Notes: generated by a model from the letters alone, not told the origin. DNA of 38,182 nt from Oscillospiraceae bacterium (GCA_900768735.1 CAAGDZ010000015.1:1-38182), one strand, 5' to 3'. Shown: positions 25,786 to 34,434, counted from the first letter of the stretch. Program-made: numbers and translations.

Positions 25786-27264
25786 TTATTCCTCCGGGGT
25801 TACTTTCGGCATAAGCTGTTCAAGACCTTGCATTTCCTGCATACGTTCGTCCGTAACAGCGGCAATAGCCTTTTCAGCCTGTGCTTGGGTTTCGCCAAAA
25901 TACCATTTGCGCAGCTCCGTCTTGCTGTAAATCCCCGCATTAAGCATTTGCAGCCTGTCAGCAAGCTGCTGTGATGTGTCAGTAATAATGCTGTCGTCCC
26001 ACTCAAATGATACGTCATAATCGCCCTCGGGAGCCAAATTATACAACGTAGCATATTTGTCCATAGCCCGCACGACATCTCTTAAGCATTGTTCAAGCGC
26101 AGCCTGATTTTCTGCTATAGTTGTATATGTGCGCTGCCTTAAAATATTGAGTTCTGTTGCTGTGCGAGCTTCCGAGGCGGCTATTGACATGGTACCGCGG
26201 GCTAAGCCGCATAGGTCCTCAATTCGCATGAGCATTTGATTAAGACCATTAAAAAGAGCTGAATCACGAATAGCAGGTGAAAATACTTTATAGGTATCGT
26301 CTGCACCGGTGTCAACCGCCCTGAAAAGCCGCTGATTTAATTTCGGGAGTTCTTTGCCCTTACCGTCTTTTTTGTCGTACAGAACCGTAGGGTCAACGTC
26401 AATTGCAAGCTCCGACCCCTCATATTCCCACAATATTCTTGAATACTGCAAATCGGCTTGCTTTATAACATCTTTCGCCTTTGCGAAAACAGAGGAACCC
26501 ATTGGGCTGTCAACATCAATGTTGTTTGCAATAGCGGCTTTAAACCAGCCGAACATTTGCCCCTCTGACTTGGTTACAATAGCCTCAGGTACAAGAGTTT
26601 TCCACGCCTCAACCTCTGACAAGGATATTTCGGTACCTAAATTATCACTGTTGTTTGATTTGAATGCTTTCTGCGTTATTTTAACATCTTCTCCGATAAC
26701 TGTATGCCGCTCAAGGCGCGTATAAATCATTTTGCCCTGCGTGTATGTATCTCTGAAAATAACGTCGGAAAGATAGCCGTCATCATCAAAGGCGATAGGA
26801 TATATAGCCCAGTCCATAGACCAGTCAAAGTATATGTGACTTCCCTTTGGGTACGGCTTTATAGTCATACCGCCTGCGGCGCAGCCCTGCTCAAGCTTCT
26901 TTCTTAAGGCAGTAACGCACTTTCCGAATTCCGCTTTAAGAAAATCCGCACGAGGACTTGATATAATTTCATCATTGGCTCCATTTTGCTTTCCTGTGAT
27001 GTTCCATTTCATTTCAAGCGTAACCTGCCGTGCGATTTCAGAACTTATAAAAGCGGGGAGGTTTAAGGACTCCACACCGGGCTGACCTAACCACGGCGCT
27101 TTATTGGTATACATTTTTTGCCATAACTCAAGCGCGTTTTTCATCTCGGTTGATAACGGCGTTTTTATGTTCTCGATATTTTCAACGTCTTTATATGGCA
27201 GCATACGTTTAAGTACCCCCTGAATAAATGATTGAATTGCAGTAAAAATGTTAATGTTAAACAC
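25786..27264 (-). CDS. Portal protein (SPP1/A118 type)
   Basis: ~490 aa; YTRLERH, SPMG.S.F, SP.IR, ARTATE, FEWDDSII. The true start may be the ATG at 27204. Confidence 0.9.
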   Translation of the reverse strand: MFNINIFTAIQSFIQGVLKRMLPYKDVENIENIKTPLSTEMKNALELWQKMYTNKAPWLGQPGVESLNLPAFISSEIARQVTLEMKWNITGKQNGANDEIISSPRADFLKAEFGKCVTALRKKLEQGCAAGGMTIKPYPKGSHIYFDWSMDWAIYPIAFDDDGYLSDVIFRDTYTQGKMIYTRLERHTVIGEDVKITQKAFKSNNSDNLGTEISLSEVEAWKTLVPEAIVTKSEGQMFGWFKAAIANNIDVDSPMGSSVFAKAKDVIKQADLQYSRILWEYEGSELAIDVDPTVLYDKKDGKGKELPKLNQRLFRAVDTGADDTYKVFSPAIRDSALFNGLNQMLMRIEDLCGLARGTMSIAASEARTATELNILRQRTYTTIAENQAALEQCLRDVVRAMDKYATLYNLAPEGDYDVSFEWDDSIITDTSQQLADRLQMLNAGIYSKTELRKWYFGETQAQAEKAIAAVTDERMQEMQGLEQLMPKVTPEE

Positions 27265-27274
27265 CCCTTTTTAT

Positions 27275-27540
27275 GTGTGTAACAATTATTTTTCCGTAAC
27301 TTATGTAAAATAGGCAGATAGAGAGAATAGGGAGTATATTTACTCTCTATCTCTCTGTTTTACCTACTCTATAGACTTTTTTTGTAACTGTAACACTATA
27401 CAGCCTATAAACCGCATAACAATGCGGTTTTTTGTTCAAAAACAGGCGTAACATTTCTGTAACAATCAACGTTACAAATTTTTTCGGATTGAGCCGTAAT
27501 TTTTTGTAACGTTGATTGTAACATAACTTTGTAACGCATA
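27275..27540. repeat. GTAAC/GTTAC iteron-hairpin element, copy B (diverged)
   Basis: 10 GTAAC/GTTAC pentamers, an AGAGAGAATAGGGAGTA..TACTCTCTATCTCTCT hairpin, and a perfect 17-bp inverted repeat (27462-27478 / 27503-27519). Confidence 0.8.
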
Positions 27541-27545
27541 TTTTT

Positions 27546-27580
27546 AAATCAAAAAGGACGCTTTTCAGCGCCCTTTTCGG
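27546..27580 (-). terminator. Intrinsic terminator after the antirepressor gene
   Basis: AAAAGGGCGCT-GAAA-AGCGTCCTTTTT. Confidence 0.8.
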
Positions 27581-27589
27581 TGGTATGTT

Positions 27590-28360
27590 TTAGTCGTTTT
27601 TGATTTCATCTGCGAGTGCAGGGATAGCATTTGTAAGTGCATTAATGATTATTGACGCACGAGGCTCGCGGGGGAATATCCTGCCGTGCCTGTACCTGCA
27701 TATCTGAACACGGTCAAGCCCCACAAGCTGACCTATGGCGGCAGCCGACCAACCGTAACGATTTATAGCAGTATTGATATAATCAACTGCTTTTAACCCG
27801 TTTTCACGGTCCTGCGGGAATTTGCTTAAGTCAATACCGCCTCCGGTAACTGCACCGGGGATAACCTCGATTCCCGCCTTGCTCAACATCATTGTGACAT
27901 ACGGGAGCCGCTCATTACGGCAGCTTGCTATAATCTGCGCGGCTTTCATATAATCATCAACGGTTAAATTCCTCTGCGGTTCCGCAAAGCTGTCATCGTC
28001 ATTATCGGAGCGATATGCGCCCGTTCTGCGGATTGCGGGTAAAACCTCGCTTGTTATCCACCGCTTGAATTTCTTAGCGGAGGGCAGCTTGCTCGACAAG
28101 ATAAGGCTGTATAACCCGCTTTCGTTGATTATATTGGTTTTACTCTGTCCGATAGGCACATTCCCATTTTGGGAATCTGCTATGTCAAGCATAACAAACT
28201 GTTTATCCTCAGGCTCAACGTGAGTAGATACCGCCTTACTACTGTTGCTATACCCCAAAGCATTTGCAACATCTTTTCCTACGAACCACGTTACCTCATC
28301 AATGTCGATTGTGCGGACGCGCCCGAATTCGGGATTTGTAAATGTAATAACCTCATTCAT
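27590..28360 (-). CDS. Bro-N domain antirepressor with C-terminal HTH
   Basis: FTNPEFGRVRT..WFVGKDVA.ALGY..INESGLYSLILSSKLPSAKKFKRWITSEVLPAIR; C-terminal Xre-like helix-turn-helix. Confidence 0.9.
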   Translation of the reverse strand: MNEVITFTNPEFGRVRTIDIDEVTWFVGKDVANALGYSNSSKAVSTHVEPEDKQFVMLDIADSQNGNVPIGQSKTNIINESGLYSLILSSKLPSAKKFKRWITSEVLPAIRRTGAYRSDNDDDSFAEPQRNLTVDDYMKAAQIIASCRNERLPYVTMMLSKAGIEVIPGAVTGGGIDLSKFPQDRENGLKAVDYINTAINRYGWSAAAIGQLVGLDRVQICRYRHGRIFPREPRASIIINALTNAIPALADEIKND

Positions 28361-28518
28361 GCCGCCTGCACCTCCTTGATTAATTCGGTAAGCATGCGGA
28401 TAGCCTCGAACAAATCCGCGTAAATCTCGGACGGCATACCGCCGTTTTCTGCGCTCTCCTGACCTAACAGCGCCAAGCTGTCAATAATGCGCTTTACATC
28501 TGCTGTTGTGTGTACCAT
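28357..28518 (-). CDS. Small hypothetical protein coupled to the antirepressor
   Basis: 53 aa, AGGAGG RBS, ATGA overlap with the Bro-N gene. Confidence 0.65.
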   Translation of the reverse strand: MVHTTADVKRIIDSLALLGQESAENGGMPSEIYADLFEAIRMLTELIKEVQAA

Positions 28519-28550
28519 AGATTGTTTTCCTCCTAAAATTATAAAAATCC

Positions 28551-28579
28551 TTGACAAAGAAACCAATCTAATGTATAAT
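28551..28579 (+). promoter_or_regulatory. Consensus sigmaA promoter firing antisense to the RHH-antirepressor operon
   Basis: TTGACA-17nt-TATAAT. Confidence 0.8.
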
Positions 28580-28585
28580 AGATTT

Positions 28586-28660
28586 TAGATAAGGTTTTCC
28601 TTGTCTTAATGATTTACGGTAACTGTACGATCTTGCAAGTTAGTAGCAGTTGCCGTTTTT
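28586..28660 (+). ncRNA. Putative ~75-nt antisense RNA
   Basis: Lies between the consensus promoter and a terminator hairpin ACGGTAACTG..CAGTTGCCGT-TTTT; no ORF. Confidence 0.6.
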
Positions 28661-28839
28661 CATTGTTGGCTTATTTCGGCATATTGCTTTTCAATACCGT
28701 CACGGATTATTTGAGCTTTTGTTTTATTTAATTTTTCACAAAGAAAATTTAATTTTTTCTTTGTGTTTTCGTCCATGCGAAATTTCAGCTCATAATCTTT
28801 AGGTGTATCGGTAAGCTTTGTGCCTTTATGAATACCCAC
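28660..28839 (-). CDS. Ribbon-helix-helix (Arc/CopG-like) transcriptional regulator
   Basis: 59 aa from a GTG start with an AAGGGGG RBS; PKDYELKFRMD..KKL..LC..KTKAQIIRDGI. Confidence 0.75.
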   Translation of the reverse strand: MGIHKGTKLTDTPKDYELKFRMDENTKKKLNFLCEKLNKTKAQIIRDGIEKQYAEISQQ

Positions 28840-28873
28840 ATTTACACCCCCTTTTCTTTTCGGGTACAAACAA

Positions 28874-28959
28874 ATTATAGCATACCCACAAAGAAAAGTC
28901 AATAGGTTTTCAAAAAGTTAAAAAAATTATATTATAGCATAAATTTTTATACTTGTCAA
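28874..28959 (-). promoter_or_regulatory. Tandem sigmaA promoters for the RHH-antirepressor operon
   Basis: TTGACA-17-TATAAT (28931-28959) and TTGACT-17-TATAAT (28874-28902), both with an extended TG. TACCCACA is repeated at 28833 and 28883. Confidence 0.8.
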
Positions 28960-28983
28960 TGGTTATGGTAAAATATATTTGAC

Positions 28984-29043
28984 TAAATAGGCATAACAAA
29001 AGCGTGATAGTTTAATTTATCACGCTTTTATTATGCCTATTTA
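28984..29043. terminator. Long inverted repeat terminating the lipoprotein moron
   Basis: TAAATAGGCATAA-C-AAAAGCGTGATA..TATCACGCTTTT-A-TTATGCCTATTTA. Confidence 0.75.
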
Positions 29044-29826
29044 AAACTGATAGTGTGTTTTTCTTGCTATTACCTCAAATTCTGCAATACTGTCAAAATC
29101 AACAGAACTGTTTCCGAACGTACCTGCTTCAAAGCTTCCTGTAGAACCTGCGGAAATATCCATTACATTTGTTCCCGTTATGGAGAGAACTTTTCCCGCC
29201 GTATCTTTGAAAATAACTTGAACATAAAGTAAATTTATATCCTCGTCAGTTGTATTTGTTATTCTTCCGGTTACTTTTGCATAGCCGAAATCATCTTTGC
29301 GGAGCGACGTATCAGATACCTCATAATCGACAATATCTCCCTTGCCCTCTTCTAACTTGAACTGTGGAACCAAATTCAAGCCGTTATCGGTAGAAACCTC
29401 TTTGTCGAGCTGCGTTGAACCTATGCTGTTGTAAAAATAACCCTTTTCGCCGGGGGCGATAATGTCAGGGCAGCTTGAAATAAATGACGCGCTTTGCAGT
29501 AAATGACCGTCATTATCTTCAAGGTCAAATGTGCAGTCCTTTAAGTAAATGTTAGTGCTGCCCGTGTTTGTTATTTCGACAATACCGTAATATTCAACAT
29601 TACCGATTGTATTTGTGTAATAGTTGAAACTTGTATCGGTATTCTCATACGACATTTTAAGCTTTTCTTCGGCAGTAGTTGCCTCCGTTTCGGCGGCGGC
29701 TTCTGCCTCCGTCTTTTGTGTAGCTATGCCCTCAGCTGTCTGCTTTTTACCGCCGCTTGACGCGCACCCTGCCGCTCCTATCAGGAGCAGAGCCGACAAA
29801 AGCAAAGATAAAATTTTGCGTTTCAT
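29041..29826 (-). CDS. Lipoprotein with tandem FxLYD-like beta-sandwich domains (moron)
   Basis: Signal peptide MKRKILSLLLSALLLIGAAG-C (lipobox), an A/E/T linker, then two repeats of G.(V/I)TNT..(F)..D.(D/A)G.(L/V)L. Confidence 0.8.
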   Translation of the reverse strand: MKRKILSLLLSALLLIGAAGCASSGGKKQTAEGIATQKTEAEAAAETEATTAEEKLKMSYENTDTSFNYYTNTIGNVEYYGIVEITNTGSTNIYLKDCTFDLEDNDGHLLQSASFISSCPDIIAPGEKGYFYNSIGSTQLDKEVSTDNGLNLVPQFKLEEGKGDIVDYEVSDTSLRKDDFGYAKVTGRITNTTDEDINLLYVQVIFKDTAGKVLSITGTNVMDISAGSTGSFEAGTFGNSSVDFDSIAEFEVIARKTHYQF

Positions 29827-29857
29827 GTTTATACCTCCAGTTGTTATATGATAATTT

Positions 29858-29886
29858 ATTTTACCATATAACAGCAGAAAAGTCAA
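29858..29886 (-). promoter_or_regulatory. sigmaA promoter of the lipoprotein gene
   Basis: TTGACT-17nt-TAAAAT with an extended TG. Confidence 0.7.
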
Positions 29887-29895
29887 TATTTTTAA

Positions 29896-30261
29896 CTAAA
29901 TCGCCCCGGCTTCTAACCACGCATTATAGAGCTTTAAGCCCTGTTTAGCAATCCAGTCAACCATTTCCTCATTAATCGCCCAAGCCCCCGAATAGGTGTT
30001 AGAATTGCACGCCAAGCCGCTTTCATAATAAAACGCATGTACTATCTCGTGCCTGAGCGTTTCCTTTTCAAGTTCCCGCTTATATTTTTTGGACTCGTTC
30101 TTATAGTCGCTGAATGTGGAGAGATTACCAACCGATATAGTGCGCGTGTATTTTGAGCATAAACCTACGACGTCATTTTCAAATGCAGGTTCGTCCTCAT
30201 AATCAAGATACTTGATACGGTATTTTGTACCGAGGATATTAACGCTTTTTGCAAATTTCAT
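29896..30261 (-). CDS. Small HExxH-motif (zincin-like) phage protein
   Basis: VNILGTKY..G.C..TLRHEIVHAF.YESGL..NEEMVDW. ATG at 30261 after GGAGG. Confidence 0.7.
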   Translation of the reverse strand: MKFAKSVNILGTKYRIKYLDYEDEPAFENDVVGLCSKYTRTISVGNLSTFSDYKNESKKYKRELEKETLRHEIVHAFYYESGLACNSNTYSGAWAINEEMVDWIAKQGLKLYNAWLEAGAI

Positions 30262-30271
30262 ACAGCCTCCG

Positions 30272-31531
30272 TTATTGTCCCTTTCGCCGCCATACGCGCT
30301 CCATAGCATACCGTACACTGTCGATACTGTGATTATTCGCGTCAGGATAGGCGCTAATAATCTCATTTTCGGGTGTGCGCTCGTATTCGTATTTAGTGAA
30401 TTCCTCCATAGTTGCAGGACAGCGGGTAGGGTCAATTACAATTTTTTTCAAGGATTGCAGCCATTTCAAGCCATATTTAACGCTGTCGGGACCCTTAATC
30501 GCATTACGGCAGTTAGAACCATAGCTGCGGTAGTCGCTCACAGATTTTGGCTCCGCGCTGTCTGCGGTTATCAGGTCATAGTCTTTTACGCCCTTAATGA
30601 TTTTAAGTGCATTCCAAGTAACAGAATTGCTTTGCTTGTTGGCGCGATACTCGTCATATATGTATAACGTTTGACGGGCGGAGTCATAGTGCATTTTGCT
30701 CCAATGGAATGGGTCAGGGTACCAACCCCAGTCTATACCCATATAGATGTTATCGAAATGCGAAATTTCCTCGTCTGTAATAGCACGGATTTCAAGGTTT
30801 TCAAAGACCTCACCTCCCGCGCCTGTTGCCTCGCCTAAGTATTCGTGTTGATAAGCACGAGGATTTGTTTCCTTAAGAGCTTCCGCATCGTCAAAAAACT
30901 GCTGACCTAACCACTCAGGCGGTACATCAAGATAGCAGGATTTATGCCGCAGGGAATCTTTGTGAGGCTTCATTACATACTGATTAGCCCAATTGGATTT
31001 GGATATAGGGGGATTGAATGTCTTAAAAACAACAAACTTTTCTCCGCCGCGCATTACCGACTGCTGAACAGAACGTATTTCCTCCTCGCCCGCAAACTCG
31101 TCAAGCTCCTCAAACCAAATAAATTTGAAATAGCCTTTTGAAACCTTAATTGATTTCATTTTCTTTGCTTTATCAAGTCCACGAAAAAGAATAACCTGCT
31201 TTGTCGGCGTGTAGGTCATTTTGTACGGGCTTGTTGTGCATTTCCATAAATCCCTTACGCCGAGAGCCTCTAAGGTCCATAACATCTGCTCATATACGCT
31301 TGCGCCTATCGTATTGCCGACTTTGCGGAATATAACGGCGTTGGCATTCTTGTCCTGCATTATGCCGAGGGCAATTTCCGCACCTGCAAATGATGATTTG
31401 GTACTGCCGCGCCCGCCTGATAAATCGTAATAAGTATGCCGGCCGTCCATTATATCCCAATGTACCGGGTAAAATGCGGGAGCAATTACATTTGTTAAGC
31501 GTACCGTATTGTCATTACTGCGTGTCGGCAT
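30272..31531 (-). CDS. terL: Terminase large subunit (PBSX family)
   Basis: Walker A GGRGSTKS, Walker B WFEELDE, TFNPP, nuclease GIDWGW.PDP, ADSAEPK, NHSIDSVRY. Confidence 0.95.
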   Translation of the reverse strand: MPTRSNDNTVRLTNVIAPAFYPVHWDIMDGRHTYYDLSGGRGSTKSSFAGAEIALGIMQDKNANAVIFRKVGNTIGASVYEQMLWTLEALGVRDLWKCTTSPYKMTYTPTKQVILFRGLDKAKKMKSIKVSKGYFKFIWFEELDEFAGEEEIRSVQQSVMRGGEKFVVFKTFNPPISKSNWANQYVMKPHKDSLRHKSCYLDVPPEWLGQQFFDDAEALKETNPRAYQHEYLGEATGAGGEVFENLEIRAITDEEISHFDNIYMGIDWGWYPDPFHWSKMHYDSARQTLYIYDEYRANKQSNSVTWNALKIIKGVKDYDLITADSAEPKSVSDYRSYGSNCRNAIKGPDSVKYGLKWLQSLKKIVIDPTRCPATMEEFTKYEYERTPENEIISAYPDANNHSIDSVRYAMERVWRRKGQ

Positions 31532-32012
31532 TGTCTGCACTCTCCGAGCTGTTGTCCGTAGCAGGAGGTTGCCGCGGTATATCGTTTATGATTTTTACTG
31601 TCGCCGCTGCCGCCGTAGCTGTTTCCTTTGCGGCGTCGTTCCAACCGGAAAAATTATTCTGTAAGCTGAATTTTGCTCCGTTGGAACCGTCTTTATCGAA
31701 AAGCCTTTCCTCCGCGTACATTTCGATACGCGTCATAGCTTCCTCTAAAATCTCCATAAAAGGCTGTTTAGCCTTATAGTTATATAGCCCTTTGCGGCTC
31801 TTAAAGCCAAGTGCCAAAGCCAACCCAGCCGTAGTGTACGGGCGCATACGGACGATTATAGGCCGACCGAATTTATCAAGCACCGGGTTTCCCTCGTTGT
31901 CGTACAGTATCTCGCCGTCGCATTTTTCAAAATAGGCGTCAACTAACTCTTTCATTTCGGCAGGGTCAGTAAATTTAGGCGGGCGCCCGCCTTTGTTTTT
32001 AATTTCGGACAT
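31515..32012 (-). CDS. terS: Terminase small subunit
   Basis: GGRPPKF..YF..PYTTAGLALALGF..GAKFSLQNNF; overlaps the terL start. Confidence 0.85.
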   Translation of the reverse strand: MSEIKNKGGRPPKFTDPAEMKELVDAYFEKCDGEILYDNEGNPVLDKFGRPIIVRMRPYTTAGLALALGFKSRKGLYNYKAKQPFMEILEEAMTRIEMYAEERLFDKDGSNGAKFSLQNNFSGWNDAAKETATAAAATVKIINDIPRQPPATDNSSESADNADTQ

Positions 32013-32043
32013 TGATTGGCTCACCTCGCTTTTTGTGGAATAG

Positions 32044-32079
32044 CAAAAATCCCCCGTTGTTTCCTACGGAGGATTTTTG
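32044..32079 (-). terminator. Terminator-like hairpin between the toxin cassette and terS
   Basis: CAAAAATCCTCCGT..ACGGGGGATTTTTG. Confidence 0.7.
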
Positions 32080-32108
32080 AAAATAATTAAAACAAAAAGA
32101 TATTTCTG

Positions 32109-32342
32109 TTAGTCAAATACCTCAAAAGCGCGTAACTCTGCTGTTCTTGAACGCTGTGTGGCATAAGCAATCATAGAAATTGCACGCCCCGTATCTTTTA
32201 ATACTACTACGGGAGAGTCCCCGCCGTTATTTTCCTGTTCGTTTTCACAGCTGAATGTATATGCGTCCTCGTACTCAATACAGTAATTGATATTGGTTTT
32301 TAACGCTTTTGCTTTTTTTAACGCTTCCTCATAAGTAATCAT
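32109..32342 (-). CDS. Small protein, candidate immunity partner
   Basis: 77 aa directly downstream of the toxin-domain gene. The function is inferred from position only. Confidence 0.55.
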   Translation of the reverse strand: MITYEEALKKAKALKTNINYCIEYEDAYTFSCENEQENNGGDSPVVVLKDTGRAISMIAYATQRSRTAELRAFEVFD

Positions 32343-32362
32343 AGTTTAGCCTCCTATTGATT

Positions 32363-33058
32363 TTATTTTCTGCGTTTTTGGTGATTTTGCCATACAAAAT
32401 TAGTTATACGGCCTGAAATACGCAAATTGTCGGTGCGCGTCAATCCGACGCTTTGTGTTTCGACTATTGCAAGCAGATTGTGCATGCTCGCAGTATTATA
32501 GCGTTCTCCTGTTTGGGCGTCAACAAATGTAATGTGTCCTTTTTGATTTTCTACGTTGAACACATGACCGCTACCCCTGCCGCGATATTGAATATTAACA
32601 ACCGCTCTTGCACCGCTGCCATATTCGCGCATTTTGGTTTTGATATTCTCTAATACTTTTTTCTCTGCGCTACTGTTGTTGCCCGCCGCGCCAACTCTAT
32701 CAGTAACAGCATGTCTAAAGGCTCCGCGCCAACGACCTAATCTTTGACCGTTTACGGGAACAACCATAGGCCATTTATCACCTGCGTATGTCGGTTGAGC
32801 TTCTACGTCATAGCCGCGGCGCTGCATTTCATAAGCAACAACGCACCTCTGACAGTTTTCCGAATATTCGCTATAATCATAAGAATGAAACGGATTGACC
32901 GTTTGTATGGCCTCGCTGATAGACCTTTCTTTACCTTTATCGCCTAATGCCTCCTGTACGGTTTTAGGTAACTGATCTATTAAGGCGTTTTGCGAATAAT
33001 TTTTCTGCTCCGGGGGAATTGAAAATGATAGACCGCTTTGACTGCCTCTACCACCCAT
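32363..33058 (-). CDS. Papain-fold (glutamine deamidase-type) toxin-domain protein with MGGRG N-terminus
   Basis: Cys-His-Asp triad motifs ENCQRC, GHVFN and FVDAQ. Confidence 0.75.
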   Translation of the reverse strand: MGGRGSQSGLSFSIPPEQKNYSQNALIDQLPKTVQEALGDKGKERSISEAIQTVNPFHSYDYSEYSENCQRCVVAYEMQRRGYDVEAQPTYAGDKWPMVVPVNGQRLGRWRGAFRHAVTDRVGAAGNNSSAEKKVLENIKTKMREYGSGARAVVNIQYRGRGSGHVFNVENQKGHITFVDAQTGERYNTASMHNLLAIVETQSVGLTRTDNLRISGRITNFVWQNHQKRRK

Positions 33059-33094
33059 ATTATAACACCTCCTATAATTTAAATCAATATAATT

Positions 33095-33820
33095 TTACTG
33101 TTTCTGTAAAAATTTTTTAACTGCTGATAAATCAATGCTCTTTATTGCATTTGCGAGTGTCGGAGAATCAAGCGTAATTCGCCAAGCATTATTGTGTAGC
33201 CGTACCCGCTCGCGCATTTGAGATTGGAATGATTTAACGGGTATGATATTCCCCGTACACCCCTCGGGTACCGTGCCATACATTATGACGGCTGTCGGCT
33301 GTAATCTCCTCAGCATTTCCTTATACCCTGACAAAAAATACTCTTTGGATTTGCTGTCTGCCTGTGTTCCAACACTCGATACAGCAACCATACTCTTTGC
33401 AGGCTCTCCGTCAAAACACCAATCATAGCTGTTATAGTCAGACCATGATATAGTTGGAATAACTGTTATCCCGTGCATCTGCCAATACTTACCGAGCCAG
33501 TGTTTACGGTAATGGTTGTAAATCTGTAACGCTAACGGGAAATCGGTGTATGTGGAGAAATCGGGAGTACATACCGCCTGAAACTGTCTTAAACGTTCTA
33601 TATATGCGTCCGGCTGTTTCCATACCCTCTCAAATTGGTAATCATCAACGAAAAAGTGAATACCGTGTATTTCGGGTTCCTCACAGGTCCGCATATAATT
33701 AAAGCCTATCCAGTTATCAACCGTGCATTGTGTCGCTTTAAGCTGCGGTATGCCATAAGGCGGAACCCCGCGGTATAAAGCTTTGTTTATGTTCTCATAA
33801 TTTCTTTGCTGCCTATACAT
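33095..33820 (-). CDS. DUF4417 family protein
   Basis: IHFFVDDYQFERVW, TPDFSTY.DFP, NHYRKHW, VIPTISW, WCFDGEP. ATG at 33820 after GGAGG. Confidence 0.85.
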   Translation of the reverse strand: MYRQQRNYENINKALYRGVPPYGIPQLKATQCTVDNWIGFNYMRTCEEPEIHGIHFFVDDYQFERVWKQPDAYIERLRQFQAVCTPDFSTYTDFPLALQIYNHYRKHWLGKYWQMHGITVIPTISWSDYNSYDWCFDGEPAKSMVAVSSVGTQADSKSKEYFLSGYKEMLRRLQPTAVIMYGTVPEGCTGNIIPVKSFQSQMRERVRLHNNAWRITLDSPTLANAIKSIDLSAVKKFLQKQ

Positions 33821-33854
33821 ATAGCCTCCTAATAATAATACGGGTATTAAACAA

Positions 33855-33990
33855 ATACCCCTATCCAATGCTGCCAAACAGCGCATTGAATAGAGGATTT
33901 TTAACTGTGGGAATAACGGAGCGAATGGGCGCCCGCTGCGGGAGGAGGCCGTAACCCGCAAGCCCTGCACCGTTTTACATTCTGCCACGT
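33855..33990 (-). ncRNA. Putative structured late-leader RNA
   Basis: Long stem 33907-33988 with an apical loop containing CCUCCU, then a second hairpin 33858-33896 followed by a U-rich tail. Confidence 0.45.
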
Positions 33991-33994
33991 TATC

Positions 33995-34027
33995 ATTATA
34001 TCATACCAAAAAGGGACATTGGGGACA
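33995..34027 (-). promoter_or_regulatory. Putative activator-dependent late promoter
   Basis: TGTCCC direct repeat (34022-34027, 34013-34018) in place of a -35 box, with an extended -10 TGATATAAT, right after the activator gene. Confidence 0.6.
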
Positions 34028-34032
34028 ACTTT

Positions 34033-34434
34033 TCAATGTTTGCGTATATATCTATAACACGCCTTTTTGCAAGCGTCTATTGTGGTACCTCCTCCTATTG
34101 AGGCGGCGACCTCGTTCCACCCCAAATCCCGGTCAAATCGTAAGTAGAAAATATTCCTCAAATAGCTATCAGGAATAGAGGCTATGTATTCTTGCAATCG
34201 TTGCCGCTCACAAATACATTGAATTTGTTGTGCGGCTATGAGCATTAATAAGCGCTCTTTTTCCTCGTATAGCTTCTCCTGTCTGCTTGCTCTATTACCT
34301 GTTGAGCGCGATGCGTCGGACAGCTTAGGCCCCGCAGGTTGCAAGGACAAAATCTCTAATTCTTTTAGCCTTTGCTGATTCGTTTCTATTTCCTTTCGCA
34401 AATGATGTAATTGTGATAACTCTTTCAGAGTCAT
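34033..34434 (-). CDS. RinA/ArpU-like late transcriptional activator
   Basis: MTLKELSQ..coiled coil..I..IPDS..R.IF.LRF..GWNEVA..IGG C-terminal HTH; precedes the packaging genes. Confidence 0.8.
   Translation of the reverse strand: MTLKELSQLHHLRKEIETNQQRLKELEILSLQPAGPKLSDASRSTGNRASRQEKLYEEKERLLMLIAAQQIQCICERQRLQEYIASIPDSYLRNIFYLRFDRDLGWNEVAASIGGGTTIDACKKACYRYIRKH

Noticed and set aside
29896..30435. 179-aa version of the HExxH protein overlapping terL
   Set aside because: The upstream part overlaps terL; the RBS supports a start at 30261.
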